Position numbers and translations under genes: made by a program. A stretch of DNA of 64,000 bases from contig JAUCBJ010001075.1 in assembly GCA_032718475.1 (NCBI GenBank), forward strand, positions 1 through 64,000, read 5' to 3'. Shown in pieces: positions 50,978 to 63,311 of this stretch. How positions within the stretch are numbered: the first letter of the stretch is position 1; each line of letters begins with the position of its first letter. The DNA is from Nemertoderma westbladi. Taxonomy: Eukaryota; Animalia; Xenacoelomorpha. Below the pieces are notes generated by a model that saw only the letters and a list, made by a program, of their open reading frames with translations, was not told the DNA's origin and did not search any database.

Positions 50978-52509
50978 ATTAGGTCCTGCGTCCTTAGATC
51001 CTGGGAGTTGTCGTAAGGTCGTGTAGATCCTGGGAGTGATCGTAAGGTCCTGCGTCCTTAGATCCTGGGAGTGGTCGTAAGGTCGTGCGACATTAGGTCT
51101 TGCGTCCTTAGATCCTGGGAGTGGTCGTAAGGTCGTGCGACATTATGACCTGCGTCCTTAGATCCTGGGAGTGGTCGTAAGGTCGTGCGACATTAGGTCC
51201 TGTGTCCTTAGATCCTGGGAGTGGTCGTAAGGTCGTGCGACATTAGGTCCTGCGTCCTTAGATCCTGGGAGTGGTCGTAAGGTCCTGCGTCCTTAGATCC
51301 TGGGAGTGGTCGTGCGACATTAGGTCCTGCGTCCTTAGATCCTGGGAGTGGTCGTAAGGTCGTGCGACATTAGGTCCTGCGTCCTTAGATCCTGGGAGTG
51401 GTCGTAAGGTCGTGCGACATTAGGTCCTGAGTCCTTAAATCCTGGGAGTGGTCGTAAGGTCGTGCGACATTAGGTCCTGCGTCCTCAGATCCTGTGAGTG
51501 GTCGTAAGGTCGTGCGACATTAGGTCCTGCGTCCTTAGATCCTGGGAGTGGTCGTAAGGTCGTGCGACATTAGGTCCTGCTATCCTTAGATCCTGGGAGT
51601 GGTCGTAAGGTCGTGCGACATTAGGTCCTGCGTCCTTAGATCCTGGGAGTGGTCGTAAGGTCGTGCGACATTAGGTCCTGTGTCCTTAGATCCTGGGAGT
51701 GGTCGTAAGGTCGTGCGACATTAGGTCCTGCGTCCTTAGATCCTGGGAGTGGTCGTAAGGTCGTGCGACATTATGACCTGCGTCCTTCGATCCTGGGAGT
51801 GGTCGTAAGGTGGTGCGACATTAGGTCCTGCGTCCTTAGATCCTGGGAGTGGTCGTAAGGTCGTGCGAGATTAGGTCCTGCGTCCTTAGATCCTGGGAGT
51901 GGTCATTAGGTCCTGAGTCCTTAGATCCTGGGAGTGGTCGTAAGGTCCTGCGTCCTTAGATCCTGGGAGTGGTCGTAAGGTCCTGCGTCCTTAGATCCTG
52001 GGAGTGGTCGTAAGGTCGTGCGACATTAGGTCCTCCGTCCTTAGATCCTGGGAGTGGTCGTAAGGTCGTGCGACATTAGGTCCTGCGTCCTTAGATCCTG
52101 GGAGTGGTCGTAAGGTCCTGCGTCCTTAGATCCTGGGAGTGGTCGTAAGGTCGTGCGACATTAGGTCCTGCGTCCTTAGATCCTGGGAGTGGTCGTAAGG
52201 TCGTGCGACATTAGGTCCTGCGTCCTTAGATCCTGGGAGTGGTCATTAGGTCCTGAGTCCTTAGATCCTGGGAGTGGTCGTAAGGTCCTGTGTCCTTAGA
52301 TCCTGGGAGTGGTCGTAAGGTCGTGCGACATTAGGTCCTGCGTCCTTAGATCCTGGGAGTGGTCATTAGGTCCTGAGTCCTTAGATCCTGGGAGTGGTCA
52401 TTAGGTCCTGAGTCCTTAGATCCTGGTAGTCGTCGTAAGGTCCTGCGTCCTTAGATCCTGGGAGTGGTCGTAAGGTCGTGCGACATTAGGTCCTGCGTCG
52501 TTAGGTCCT
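50978..52509 (+). repeat. 50-bp minisatellite with interspersed 36-bp variants
   Basis: Unit GACATTAGGTCCTGCGTCCTTAGATCCTGGGAGTGGTCGTAAGGTCGTGC. Confidence 0.97.
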
Positions 52510-54449
52510 ACATAATATAGTTGTTTTCTATTTACAATTGATTGCCAACAAAAGTTTTAAAATATGCCATTGACTCTCTTTACTCCTTTGCTGTTTAGGT
52601 TAGAATAACATGTCATTGTTTATCTTAACGCAACAGAATATGACACCACAGGACTAATCTCGCAAGAATTAACGTCACATGGACTGGACCTAAAATCGCA
52701 CCCAGGACTTAATGACGCGGAACTCTGAATTGCGCCATTTCATGTCCGCCTTTTGCCGGTCATGTTTAATTTATTAATAGGCGAGTCAATCTAGCCGAAA
52801 AAAGGGGTCAACCCATAACAAGTTTGCAATTCATCCAGACCAATTTGTTTTTATTCTACATTACCTTGTTAAATTCCCCCAAAAAAGTCTTAAAAAATAT
52901 ATTATGCGGATCACCTTCAATTTCCTGTTTCTTTCCTTAGCAACATGGATTTTACATAGCAACAAGGGGTCTATTAGTGGGATTTTCTCCAAATTTGGTA
53001 CAGACAAACTTTACTCTAATGACTATCGATTGACAGAAGTATGCACTTCTATATTGTTACCAATTTAGTTTCCAGAGCAACGGAAATTTGTCTAATAATT
53101 GAACCATTTTAAATACCAATTTTGCTGGTACAATACAGGGAGCTTATTTACGCAACTTCTCTACTAAACGGGTGGATGTAACCTCGCCCATCGGATTTAT
53201 CGACCTCAAAAACCCTTATCCCCAAAAAATGTATTTGTTATAAGATAAACTATTGTGGTTTTCAAACTAAAACAAATAAATAAATTACACCTAAAATCAA
53301 TAGAGCAATCATAATTTAAGTATGTGAAAAATCTTCATTAACATTAATGGAAATTATGAAATTTCCTTGCAGTGGAATTGTATAATTTTTTTACAACAGT
53401 TAGCTTAATATATCGTGATGTTTTTGATATATTTAAAAATTTGATGCGACTTCTAGTTTCCGAGATATAGCAATTAATGTGTAACACGCCAGTGTAAATA
53501 TTACTAATTTCACATTGAATCACAGCTTATTGAAATTGATAAATTTATTTCCATCATATGGTAAAATTTGTGAACGATTAAAAAACAAACATGAACATTT
53601 GTTACTTTAAAAAAGCAAATTAAAAACGATTTAGTGACATAAAAGTGAAGAGTTCCTTTACAAAGTATTTACAAAGGTGTAGATTCTGGAGCTGGGTTCG
53701 GTATTGCTTCGGCAGGGTGGAATTTTACTACATGAGTTGTAATGCTCATCATGGCTAATTGCCGGATTACCGCATAACCAGCAAATACAACCGTCTCTTG
53801 GACGCCAGCATCGGGGGTCGCTGCAGAGTTTTTGGTGCCATCCGTTCGACACTAGCTGTGCTCCGGCCCGGCGGCTTTTTCCAGTAAGACATTGTAGGTC
53901 AACAGGGCAACTATTTGGATCATCTACTGCAAGCAGGGTGGCTGTTGACGAGGAATATCGGCTGATGCCACACCATAACTTCCAGTAGAAAGCGCTGAGT
54001 CGTTGAACATGGGAAGACCCTGCACTTGATCGTTGTCTACAAAGATACAGCATCCGTATGTGATAGCGGGTAAAATTATAGATCGCCACAGACGGTGTGC
54101 TGAGTCTTTCGACATCAGTCTTAGGTCACAATCTCAGCTTATTGTGAAATTAATTAATTAATTCTGGAACATCACCAATTTGCGACTTACTTTTCCCTAC
54201 TGTTCCTTTTGTTTAGCTTGTGTTATGCAAATTTACGTAGAATTTCCATGAATAAACATATTATCCGGAAAAAAATAATTTTTAGACTTTTTTTTGGTCA
54301 TTTATAAGGTAATATAGAATCCAAAATGTGTGGTTCGGATTAATTGCGAAATACTTTAAATGTGTTTTTTGCTAGATTGACTCGACTATAATACAAAACA
54401 TTCACTTTCGCAATGACCTGTTTTTTATATAGGCACCTATTAATTCGAA

Positions 54450-54640
54450 TCACTAAAGATAATGAAATTTTCACTAAAAATAATGAAATTGTCACTGAAA
54501 ATTATGAAATTTTCACTGAAAATTATGAAATTTTCACTGAAAATTATGAAATTTTCACTGACAATTATGAAATTTTCACTGAAAATTATGAAATTTTCAC
54601 TGAATTTAATACCAAAATCACTAAAAATGATCACTAATAA
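54450..54640 (+). repeat. 21-bp tandem repeat
   Basis: CACTGAAAATTATGAAATTTT, ~7 copies plus degenerate flanks. Confidence 0.9.
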
Positions 54641-55149
54641 CTAAATAATTCATTTATCACTAAAAAACATTGCAAACATCACTAAATATAATCGCTTATC
54701 ACTATTAATCATTTATCACTGAAAAGAACAACTTATTCACTAAATATAATTATTATTTTATTATAAATTTTTTTACCATCACTAAATATCATCAATTGTT
54801 AGGTACGGTATAATTTGAATTGCCTTGGCTGTCAGTTTGATTGTATCACGATAAGTTCCATGTGGTAGTACGACCTGCCGCTCAGGTTCCACCGCGATAT
54901 GTCACTAGGGGCGAAAGGTTCCTGCTGGAGTATTAGATCCCTTAGAAGAAAGGATCAGGTTAGTAAAGGAGCAGGATGCTGTAGAGGCAGCGGTCGGGGA
55001 ACCAAACCAATAAACGAAAGTTAACGTGCAGGTTAGTAAAGAGTTACAATAGCAAAAGTGGTACTTTCAGACTGCAGGTTTAAATCAGTAGCGTTACCTA
55101 TTACTGCGATTGGGTGTTTATCTTATATTCATATTTTAACAACATATTA

Positions 55150-55997
55150 CTACTACTACTACTACTAGGTCGAGCGAACTGGGACAGTGGAAATGAGATC
55201 CTTCCAGGCTTCCCGATTCTCCATAGTTGTTGCAATTTCGTTTCTCCCAAGTTCAGTATCCCTTTCAAGTTGATCTATATATGTTATGGCTGGTCGTCCA
55301 CGACTACGCTTTCCATGAGTTGGTTGCCAGAAAAGTAGATCTGATATGACCTCGTCTTTACTTCGCCAGCAGTGCCCACTGAATCTTAATCTGTGTTCAC
55401 GGAGGGTGGTTGATACAGGTGGTATTGTACCATAAAGCTCGGCGTTTGTCATGTGTTGTCTCCAGCTGATGTTTAGGGCTGCCCTTAGTAGTCTTGTGTA
55501 GCAACCATCAATTCGTTGTTCAAGTGATTTAGTCAGTGTCCAGTCCAGGTCTCACCCCCATATAAAAATACACTTTCCACTGTGGCTCGAAAGAACTTAG
55601 TCTTCAGGTGCCTGGAGAGATCTGATTTCCAGATGGTATCCATTTTTGATAGAGCTACCCATGCCTTTGCTTTCCTAACTTCTATGTCCTTTTTGCTACT
55701 CTCTATCCATGATCCAAGGTACTGGAAGTCATCGACCTTCCTTAGTTGATTATTATCAATGGTTGTCAAGTTTCCATCAACATTAAAGGTCATGAATTCG
55801 GTCTTGGTAGCATTTATATGCAATCCAACCTCCTTAGCAGCCCTCTCCACTTTATTTAGTAGAAGCTGTGCATCTGCTAGGGTATTAGAGAGCCGCAAAG
55901 TCGGTGTCTGTGACTGTAGTTGCCGGATATCTACTACTTCTGCGTTCTTGAAGTGTGAATCCCAGGTCTTCACCCTTTGTGGCCGTCTTCATTGCTT
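55150..55997 (-). mobile_element. RTE family B, 5'-truncated, 36-bp TSD
   Basis: DFQYLGSWI, FLYGGETW, RLRFSGHCWR, (TAG)n tail; direct repeat at 55114-55149 and 55998-56033. Confidence 0.93.
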
Positions 55998-56136
55998 GTG
56001 TTTATCTTATATTCATATTTTAACAACATATTAACATCACAAAAAATAATTAAAATTGTAAAAATAATTAAAATTATAAACCTTCAACTATTTACACAAG
56101 GTTGCATCTATTGTAACGGTAGCCATGACAACTAAC

Positions 56137-56823
56137 CTTTTCATAACTATCCATAATGGATGAGGTTTCCGATCTATCGTCCTCGTCCACTAACGGCACC
56201 ATCTCAGCGTTGCCTAGCGACCTCCGCTTCCCGCTGCTGATTGGCTGCTCTCTGCCGGTCTCCGGGGCGACTGCGTCCCCAGCTATCCGCCAGCCGTCCA
56301 CCAGGAAGGCGACCCCGATCACCGGCTCCTCGCACAACGGCCCCGAGACCGCGGCCAACTGGAACCCGTTAACCACGCTGTTGTCCAGCTCACGGAAGAG
56401 CAACCCGTCGTCATGGGAATCGGGCCACACGCTCGGTCTCTGGTAGTCCGGCATCGCGTTAACCAGTAGGTTGGGACCGCAGCCGCGGGGACCGAATGAC
56501 CAGATCCTGGAGACTACATCCGGTCCCCAAGGCAACGGGGAGGTCCGGAAGGCCTCGACAATTGAACCACGTAGGTTTAGGATTTTCTCCAGCGTGGCAG
56601 CGTTTAGTTGCGTCTCCTCGTTCCGTTTGAGTCTTTGGTTGACGCCGTGCGGCAGATTGCGGTCCAGCGCCTTCAGAGTGTCGGCGTTGTCGCTTAGTAA
56701 CCGAGTTACGTCATCGGGAAGAGGCATGGCGCGCATCTGTAGGGAGCACTGTTTGTTGGGAGTTTGTATTGTTATGACGCCTTCCGGTAGTGGATTAGCC
56801 ATCGGTTCTGTTTCTGTCGGTAT
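56137..56823 (-). CDS. EFL1: EFL1 exon
   Basis: TPNKQCSLQMRAMPLP, IWSFGPRGCGPNLLVN, NSVVNGFQLAAVSGPLCEEPVIGV; cag/gttagt boundaries, 687 bp. Confidence 0.95.
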
Positions 56824-56911
56824 CTGTGGATAATGGTAGATCAGCATTACGGTGAATATAAGAATATATTATTAGCTATTAATAGCTTATTGGACTGTTA
56901 TATGTCGCAAT

Positions 56912-57106
56912 ATAACAATCCAATGCCAGCGACAATTACTTCTGGTATTCCATAAACTCTTAGGATTTCAAGCATTTTGCCTCTATGGATGGAGTCGAAT
57001 GCCACAAAAGTCATGACTGCGGGGAGATTCTTTGTCTTAATTCCCCCAATCAGTCTCCGAAGTGCTATTGTTGATCTATTTGGTAGAAATCCGTTTTGGC
57101 TCTTAC
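56912..57106 (-). mobile_element. RTE family B internal fragment
   Basis: Matches 61470-61680 (AFDSIHRGKMLEILR). Confidence 0.85.
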
Positions 57107-57747
57107 TGTACCCTGACTCTAAGTCGGGCTGGGCTGGCTTTCCTCTACTTCCTTACCCAATGGAAATGTTGTTGTTATAATCTAATATTGGGGCGGTTTC
57201 CTCTCGGTTGATCCATGAGCACATGAACTGAAAAATAAAGATGAAATACCTTATAACCCGATGATACTTGCAGGTTAATTAGTAATAGGGCAGTTTTTCT
57301 AATGTTGGCCCAACTTTTCTTATAAATCGTCAAAAGCCAATCACAGTCAAGAATTAATTCGAACGATTCTTATTGGTTGTAGCCATTAATTTGGTTGCAA
57401 TGGGTTGCTTTGAAGAGTAAACAATTCCTACTTCAAAACAGCTGATCCTTCAAACTGTCTGGCGTTTGCGGTAGGCTAAATTAAACACGTCCAAACCAAA
57501 GGAATATTAGAAATACAGAAATATAGGATAAACCAATATTATTTACTCTTTCAAGAAATACTACTAACGAGATTTCTAATACGAATAACACCCACCCATG
57601 ACATAACACATACCGGAAATACAAAGTAAAGTAAAGTTATTGGTTAAATGTGAAACACGAATCTACCATAGGAACAGCCCTGAAGGCTCTTTATTAATGG
57701 ATTCTATGTAAAACAACTCGAACTCCTAAGGTTCAATCTAAATATCA

Positions 57748-58749
57748 ATGGCTACATTCTCCACTCGCAACAGTACTAATGTATGGGTAGAAGAAATTGA
57801 AGGAAAAGCTAACGAAGAATTTACAAAGAATCAAAGCGCATTTCCAGATGGATTCGTTAGATACCAACCGAGTGGACAAGTTCTCCCCAGAATATTCACA
57901 ACAGAATATCAACAAAAAATATTTGAATTTCCTGTTCTAGAGGACGACGTCTGGATTTGTACCTTTCTAAAATGCGGCACAACTTGGACGCAAGAAATGG
58001 CTTGGTGTATCATGAATGACGTTAATATCGAACTTGCCAAGAAGGTTGACTTAGAGAGAAGAGTACCCTATTTGGAATTTTCCAAAATAATTACTGACGA
58101 AATATTCATGAAGTATATTAATGGAAGCATGCATGAAGAAAACGATACGAGAATATATACATCTTCGATAGAATTAACGGAATCAAAATCTTCACCTAGA
58201 GTTATTAAAACCCACATGTCCATAGATATGCTTCCTTATGAGATTGGAGAAAAGCAACCCAAAATCATTCACGTTATACGCAATCCCAGAGACACTTGTG
58301 TGTCTCTGTTTTACCATTGGAAGTTGGTGGCTGGTTACACTGGATCCTGGGACGCCTTCTTCAACGCATTCGTCAATGATGTTTGCGGCTACTATACTCC
58401 AGCTTTACAGCATTATCTTGGATATTGGAGAATTCGAGACAGAGAAAATGTGTTGCTTCTTAGGTTTGAAGATATGAAGGGAGATCTTGTAGGTTCCATC
58501 AAGAAAACAGCTGATTTTCTTGGGAAATCTCTAACTGAAGAACAGATCGTTACCTTGGAAGATCATCTAACATTCAAAAGCATGAAAGCTAATGTAGCTG
58601 TTAATAAATATATTGGTGAGGGCAAGTTTATAAGGAAAGGAGAAATCGGAGATTGGAAGAATCACTTTAGTATTGAACAGATTGCGACAATGGATCAGTG
58701 GGAGAAAGAAAACTTGGAAGGAACTGGGTTGGAGTTCGTTTATGATTGA
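57748..58749 (+). CDS. Cytosolic sulfotransferase (SULT1-like), intronless
   Basis: DDVWICTFLKCGTTWTQE (5'-PSB), IKTH, RNPRDTCVS (3'-PB), FIRKGEIGDWKNHF; AATAAA at ~58865. Confidence 0.93.
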   Translation: MATFSTRNSTNVWVEEIEGKANEEFTKNQSAFPDGFVRYQPSGQVLPRIFTTEYQQKIFEFPVLEDDVWICTFLKCGTTWTQEMAWCIMNDVNIELAKKVDLERRVPYLEFSKIITDEIFMKYINGSMHEENDTRIYTSSIELTESKSSPRVIKTHMSIDMLPYEIGEKQPKIIHVIRNPRDTCVSLFYHWKLVAGYTGSWDAFFNAFVNDVCGYYTPALQHYLGYWRIRDRENVLLLRFEDMKGDLVGSIKKTADFLGKSLTEEQIVTLEDHLTFKSMKANVAVNKYIGEGKFIRKGEIGDWKNHFSIEQIATMDQWEKENLEGTGLEFVYD

Positions 58750-59159
58750 ATGAGATACAATTTAGGAAATACAATTGAAGTGTTAGTTATTCGCGGTTCA
58801 CATTCAACAATGCACCATTCTCCATAAGAAATCAAATTAGAAAATCAAAATTTATTCCCATACAAATAAAGTGTCCCCAAAATTAGCCGTCGTATCTATA
58901 ATATCTTATGAATTCTTATAAGTATCTCACAGTAAATATCTCTAACAATAATATTAAGAATAAAAAATTAGATGGCCAAATTAAATTTTTCATGAATCTA
59001 TTTTTTTTTTACTTTTTTAGAAATTACTAACTAACTTTCATAACTAATAGTTCTAATAGTATAGAATTAGGTAAAAAAATCATAAAAAAAATGGATTATC
59101 GGAATTTAGCAAGGCATTTGGATGAAGCGAGCAGCATTGTGAAATGAAAAACTGATTAC

Positions 59160-59235
59160 AGCGCCACTGGGAGTCGAACCCAGGTCTCCCGTACCGTTAA
59201 CATGACAAGTATTCTTACCACTAAACTACAGCGCC
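59160..59235 (-). pseudogene. tRNA-like element (pseudo-tRNA or SINE head)
   Basis: A box TAGTTTAGTGG, T arm CTGGG-TTCGACT-CCCAG, acceptor GGCGCTG/TGGCGCT; anticodon loop 12 nt, isotype not assignable. Confidence 0.65.
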
Positions 59236-59612
59236 CATGGAAGATTCAGAGATATTTCACAATGCTACTCCCATTCAGCTTCGTAACGGTAGTTGTCGAA
59301 TACACACATTGCAGGTGGTTTTTAAAATGTACTCTCGCTAAATTCCGAAGTATTCGAAGTTTCGTATTTCCTAAAAATTACATTTATATCGTAGCCTGCC
59401 TATGCAGTGGAGTGTGGACCTGGACATGCCTTTCAAAAAATACCCGAGGGAGTAAAACTGCTTGTAGGAGTATAATAGCAGTTTTTTTGGGTAATTTCAA
59501 GTGTTCGTGAAATAATTAAAATAATTAATATCGCTGTCGTTTTTATAATGAGTGTAGTGTTGTTGTATTATTTAAAATATAAATTGTATCACATATAATA
59601 GATACACACCCC

Positions 59613-61790
59613 CTACTACTACTACTACGTCGAGCGAATTCGGACATGTTATAAAAGGCCGGTCGTCAACGACTACGCTTTCCAATGAGTTGGTTGCCAG
59701 AAAAGTAGATCTGGTATGACCTCGTCTTTACTTCGCCAGCAGTGCCCACTGAATCTTAATCTGCGTTCACGGAGGGTGGTTGATACAGGTGGTATTGTAC
59801 CATAAAGCTCGGCGTTTGTCATGTGTTGTCTCCAGCTGTTCTTGTTCATAATTGTTGTTGACTATGTTCTACGCATGTCCTTAGATCATCATAATGATGA
59901 TGGGGTGATGATAACTCCACCTACTGGCTCCAGAAGTCGAGGAAATCCTGCCAAGTACCTAACTGATCTAGACTTTGCTGATGACTTAGGAGTACTCTCA
60001 GAATCACTAGAGGGAGCCCAACGGCTCCTCAGCTCATTAGAACATGTTGCTTCTAGTGTTGGTCTTTTTATTAACTCCAGAAAGACCAAAATTTTGACAG
60101 TTAACTTTGAAAGTCCTCAGCAAGTCTCTGATCGGATGAGCATAAGCTCAAAAGATGGTATGCTTGAGCATGTGGATGACTTCTGTTACCTGGGATCATG
60201 GATCCGGAATTCAGGTGAGGACCTTCGAATACGTAAGGGAAAGGCATGGGCAGCCTTGAATAGGCTTTCCAGGATTTGGAAGTCACCGAGAATTAATCGG
60301 AAACTTAAGGTCCGATTATTTAGAGCAGCAGTAGTTCCAGTACTTCTCTATGGGAGTCCATGCTGGGCTCTAACTGCTGAGTACACCAAATCTCTGGATG
60401 GCACATTCACAAGAATGCTACTCCGGGTTCATTGTGTCAAGTACAATGCACACATCTCCAACCAGACACTATATAACATTGGAGGTGTCTCATTGGTTCC
60501 CCCAAGCTTGACACTAGAACAAAATCGCCTCCGCTTTGCAGGACATTGCTTTCGCCGTGAGGGCCAGCCAGTGCATAATCTTGTACTTTGGCAGCCTCAT
60601 GGAGTGAATAAGCATGGTGGACAGCCCATGACTTTCTTGAGACGCATCTTAAAGGACACTGGCCTTGAAGATGCGGATGATCTAGCAAATGTCAAGGGTG
60701 ATAGGGAGTTGTGGTGGTGCAATTTTGTCGATAAGCCGGCACAGCATTCTTTAAAATGCAGCTGCAATGCAGCATGCCGATCCTAGTAGTACTAGTAGTA
60801 GTCTCCAGCTGATGTTTAGGGCTGCCCTTAGTAGTCTTGTGTAGCAACCATCAATTCGTTGTTCAAGTGATTTAGTCAGTGTCCAGGTCTCACCCCCGTA
60901 TAAAAATACATTTTCCACTGTGGCTCGAAAGAACTTAGTCTTCAGGTGCCTGGAGAGATCTGATTTCCAGATGGTATCCATTTTTGATAGTTCTACCCAA
61001 GCCTTTGCGTTCATAACTTATATGTCCTTTTTGCTACTCTCTATCCATGATCCAAGGTACTGGAAGTCGTCGACCTTCCTTAGTTGATTATTATCAATGG
61101 TTGTCAAGTTTCCATCAACATTAAAGGTCATGAATTCGGTCTTGGTAGCATTTATATGCAATCCAACCTCCTTAGCAGCCCTATCCACTTTATTTAGTAG
61201 AAGCTGTGCATCTGCTAGCGTATTAGAGAGCAGGGCGATGTCATCCGCGAAGTCGGTGTCTGTGACTGTAGTTGCCGGATATCTACTACTTCTGCGTTCT
61301 TGAAGTGTGAATCCCAGATCTTCACCCTTTGTGGCCGTCCTCGTTGCGTAATCCAGCACAATTACAAATAGTAATGGTGCTAATGTGTCACCTTGCAGTA
61401 CGCCAGCCAGGATTGAGAAAAACTCAGTTTCACCATCTGGTGAGAGTACCTGCGCTTCTGTGTCACAATATAACAATCCAATGCCAGCAACAATTACTTC
61501 TGGTATTCCATAAGCTCTTAGGATTTCAAGCATTTTGCCTCTATGTATGGAGTCAAATGCCACAAAAGTCATGACTGCGGGGAGATTCTTTGACTTAATT
61601 ACTTCAATCAGTCTCCGTAGTGCAAGTATCTGAGCTATTGTTGTTGATCTACTTGGTCGAAATCCGTTTTGGCTCTTACGCAGTAGTTTCTATATGTGAG
61701 GTCTAATTCTATATAGAATCATTTTGTTGTATATTTTGGCAGCTACCACCCACAAGCAGACAGATCCCACGATAGTTTGTTGGTAACTTA
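59613..61790 (-). mobile_element. RTE family B copy interrupted by an RTE family A insertion
   Basis: AFDSIHR, GVLQGDTLAPLLF, DFADD; (TAG)n tail at 59613. Confidence 0.92.
59839..60800 (+). mobile_element. RTE family A, 5'-truncated, nested
   Basis: Open RT C-terminal frame; (TAG)n tail; 11-bp TSD gtctccagctg at 59828-59838 and 60801-60811. Confidence 0.94.
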
Positions 61791-62117
61791 CTCACGTTAT
61801 GAAAACAGAGCCGGATCACTGCCGCACAATTAAAAAAAATGTATTTCACTATTATCATTAATCAAAATGTCTCCTGGCGGAGAGACCATTATCATAGAGG
61901 GCGCCCTGCATCGAATCAGTAAAACCCTTTAGATACCATCATTTCTTATCACCATAACACTCTAACCACATACAATTTAAAATATATCAGATACAATACA
62001 AATTAAATAAGTGAATATTTGCGTTTCCCAAAAATAAAAAGTATGATAGCACTATATGATCAGGTTTACCATTAATTAATTACATAGCATGTGAATAATT
62101 TACAGATTCGCACTAAC

Positions 62118-62342
62118 AGTTTGTCCGGGTATTTGAGTGTAAGTAGTGTTGACACCGGTGATTAGTTGGTTCACCATATCGACTCTAGGTGGCGTTATAA
62201 TCGTTTCACGGAACGGAACCATCGGTGCCGACGGAACTATATCGATCTTAGCGAAACGTTCCCGCAGGTCTAGTAGACACCGCTCAAGATGCACCTCGCC
62301 AGCAGTAACAAGCACGTGTTCCCCGGTCTCTTGGACTAAAAC
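62118..62342 (-). CDS. EFL1: EFL1 exon (further 5' exons lie beyond the window)
   Basis: [48 protein letters not shown]; tag/gttagt boundaries, 225 bp. Confidence 0.95.
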
Positions 62343-62387
62343 CTAAAATATCACGAAAATGTTTATATATTACATTTTGAGTGTATT

Positions 62388-63101
62388 ATGTGGGGCGAGC
62401 CATCAGTCAGGGCGAGCCTTAGCGCACAATTATAATTAGTAAATAGGGCAAAATTTCATATCCGTCTGTAATGAAAAAATCATTCGTAAATAACTTTTGA
62501 AGATTTTAAACATTTACAACCAAATTTTGTATGGGCTGGGCATACTAGAGAAAAAGTTCCAATATTGTTGAATGTTACGGGCAAATACTTCTCGAACTTT
62601 TGACTCCAGATCAAATCGAACTTGTTTCGAACTTGCTCAAGTTCGCAAGCTGCGCGACGCCACACTCACGTGTTTATTACCGTATTATTTTAATAAACAA
62701 CAGCTCGCTATTACAACGGCCTTTGTAATAAAATGTAATACATACAAAATTCAATATACACAAAACGTCATAAACACATTTATTTCACAACTTAAAGTTT
62801 AATACACGCACCCAATCACCAACAAAATAAAGTACGTCATGTACACGTTCGAGGGCGTCGCGCAGCACGCGAACTTGAGCAAGTTCGAAACAAGTTCGAT
62901 TTGATCTGGAGTCAAAAGTTCGAGAGGTATTTGCCCCTAACTTGGTTGAAAATGGTTAAAATCTTTAAAAGTTATTTACGAATGAATTTTTCATTACAGA
63001 CGGACAGGCAGACATACAGACAGACGGATATGAAATTTTGCCCTATTTACTAATTATAATTGTGCGCTATGGCTCGCTCTGACTGATGGCTCGCCCCACA
63101 T
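62388..63101. mobile_element. Foldback/MITE palindrome
   Basis: ~270 bp inverted arms ATGTGGGGCGAGCCATCAGTCAG ... CTGACTGATGGCTCGCCCCACAT. Confidence 0.85.
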
Positions 63102-63311
63102 TCTATAAATAATGATAGTAACGATGTTTTACAATGAAGCTGAACACGACGCTTGACAGTCCCATCTTGGCGTAGTGGTTTAATCCGTTGTAATGAATTG
63201 AAAAAAAATACCAAAAGTAAATCTTTTTCGGCCTAAGGCCAGGGATTGTGTGTGCCCTAAGGGGCACAAAGTCTGATAACTTATTTCCCAGTTCGGTCCC
63301 CCCAGAACTTC

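Noticed and set aside
56092-62342. Exons as eEF2 or EFTUD2
   Set aside because: [17 protein letters not shown] and the C-terminal [14 protein letters not shown] motifs match EFL1/Ria1
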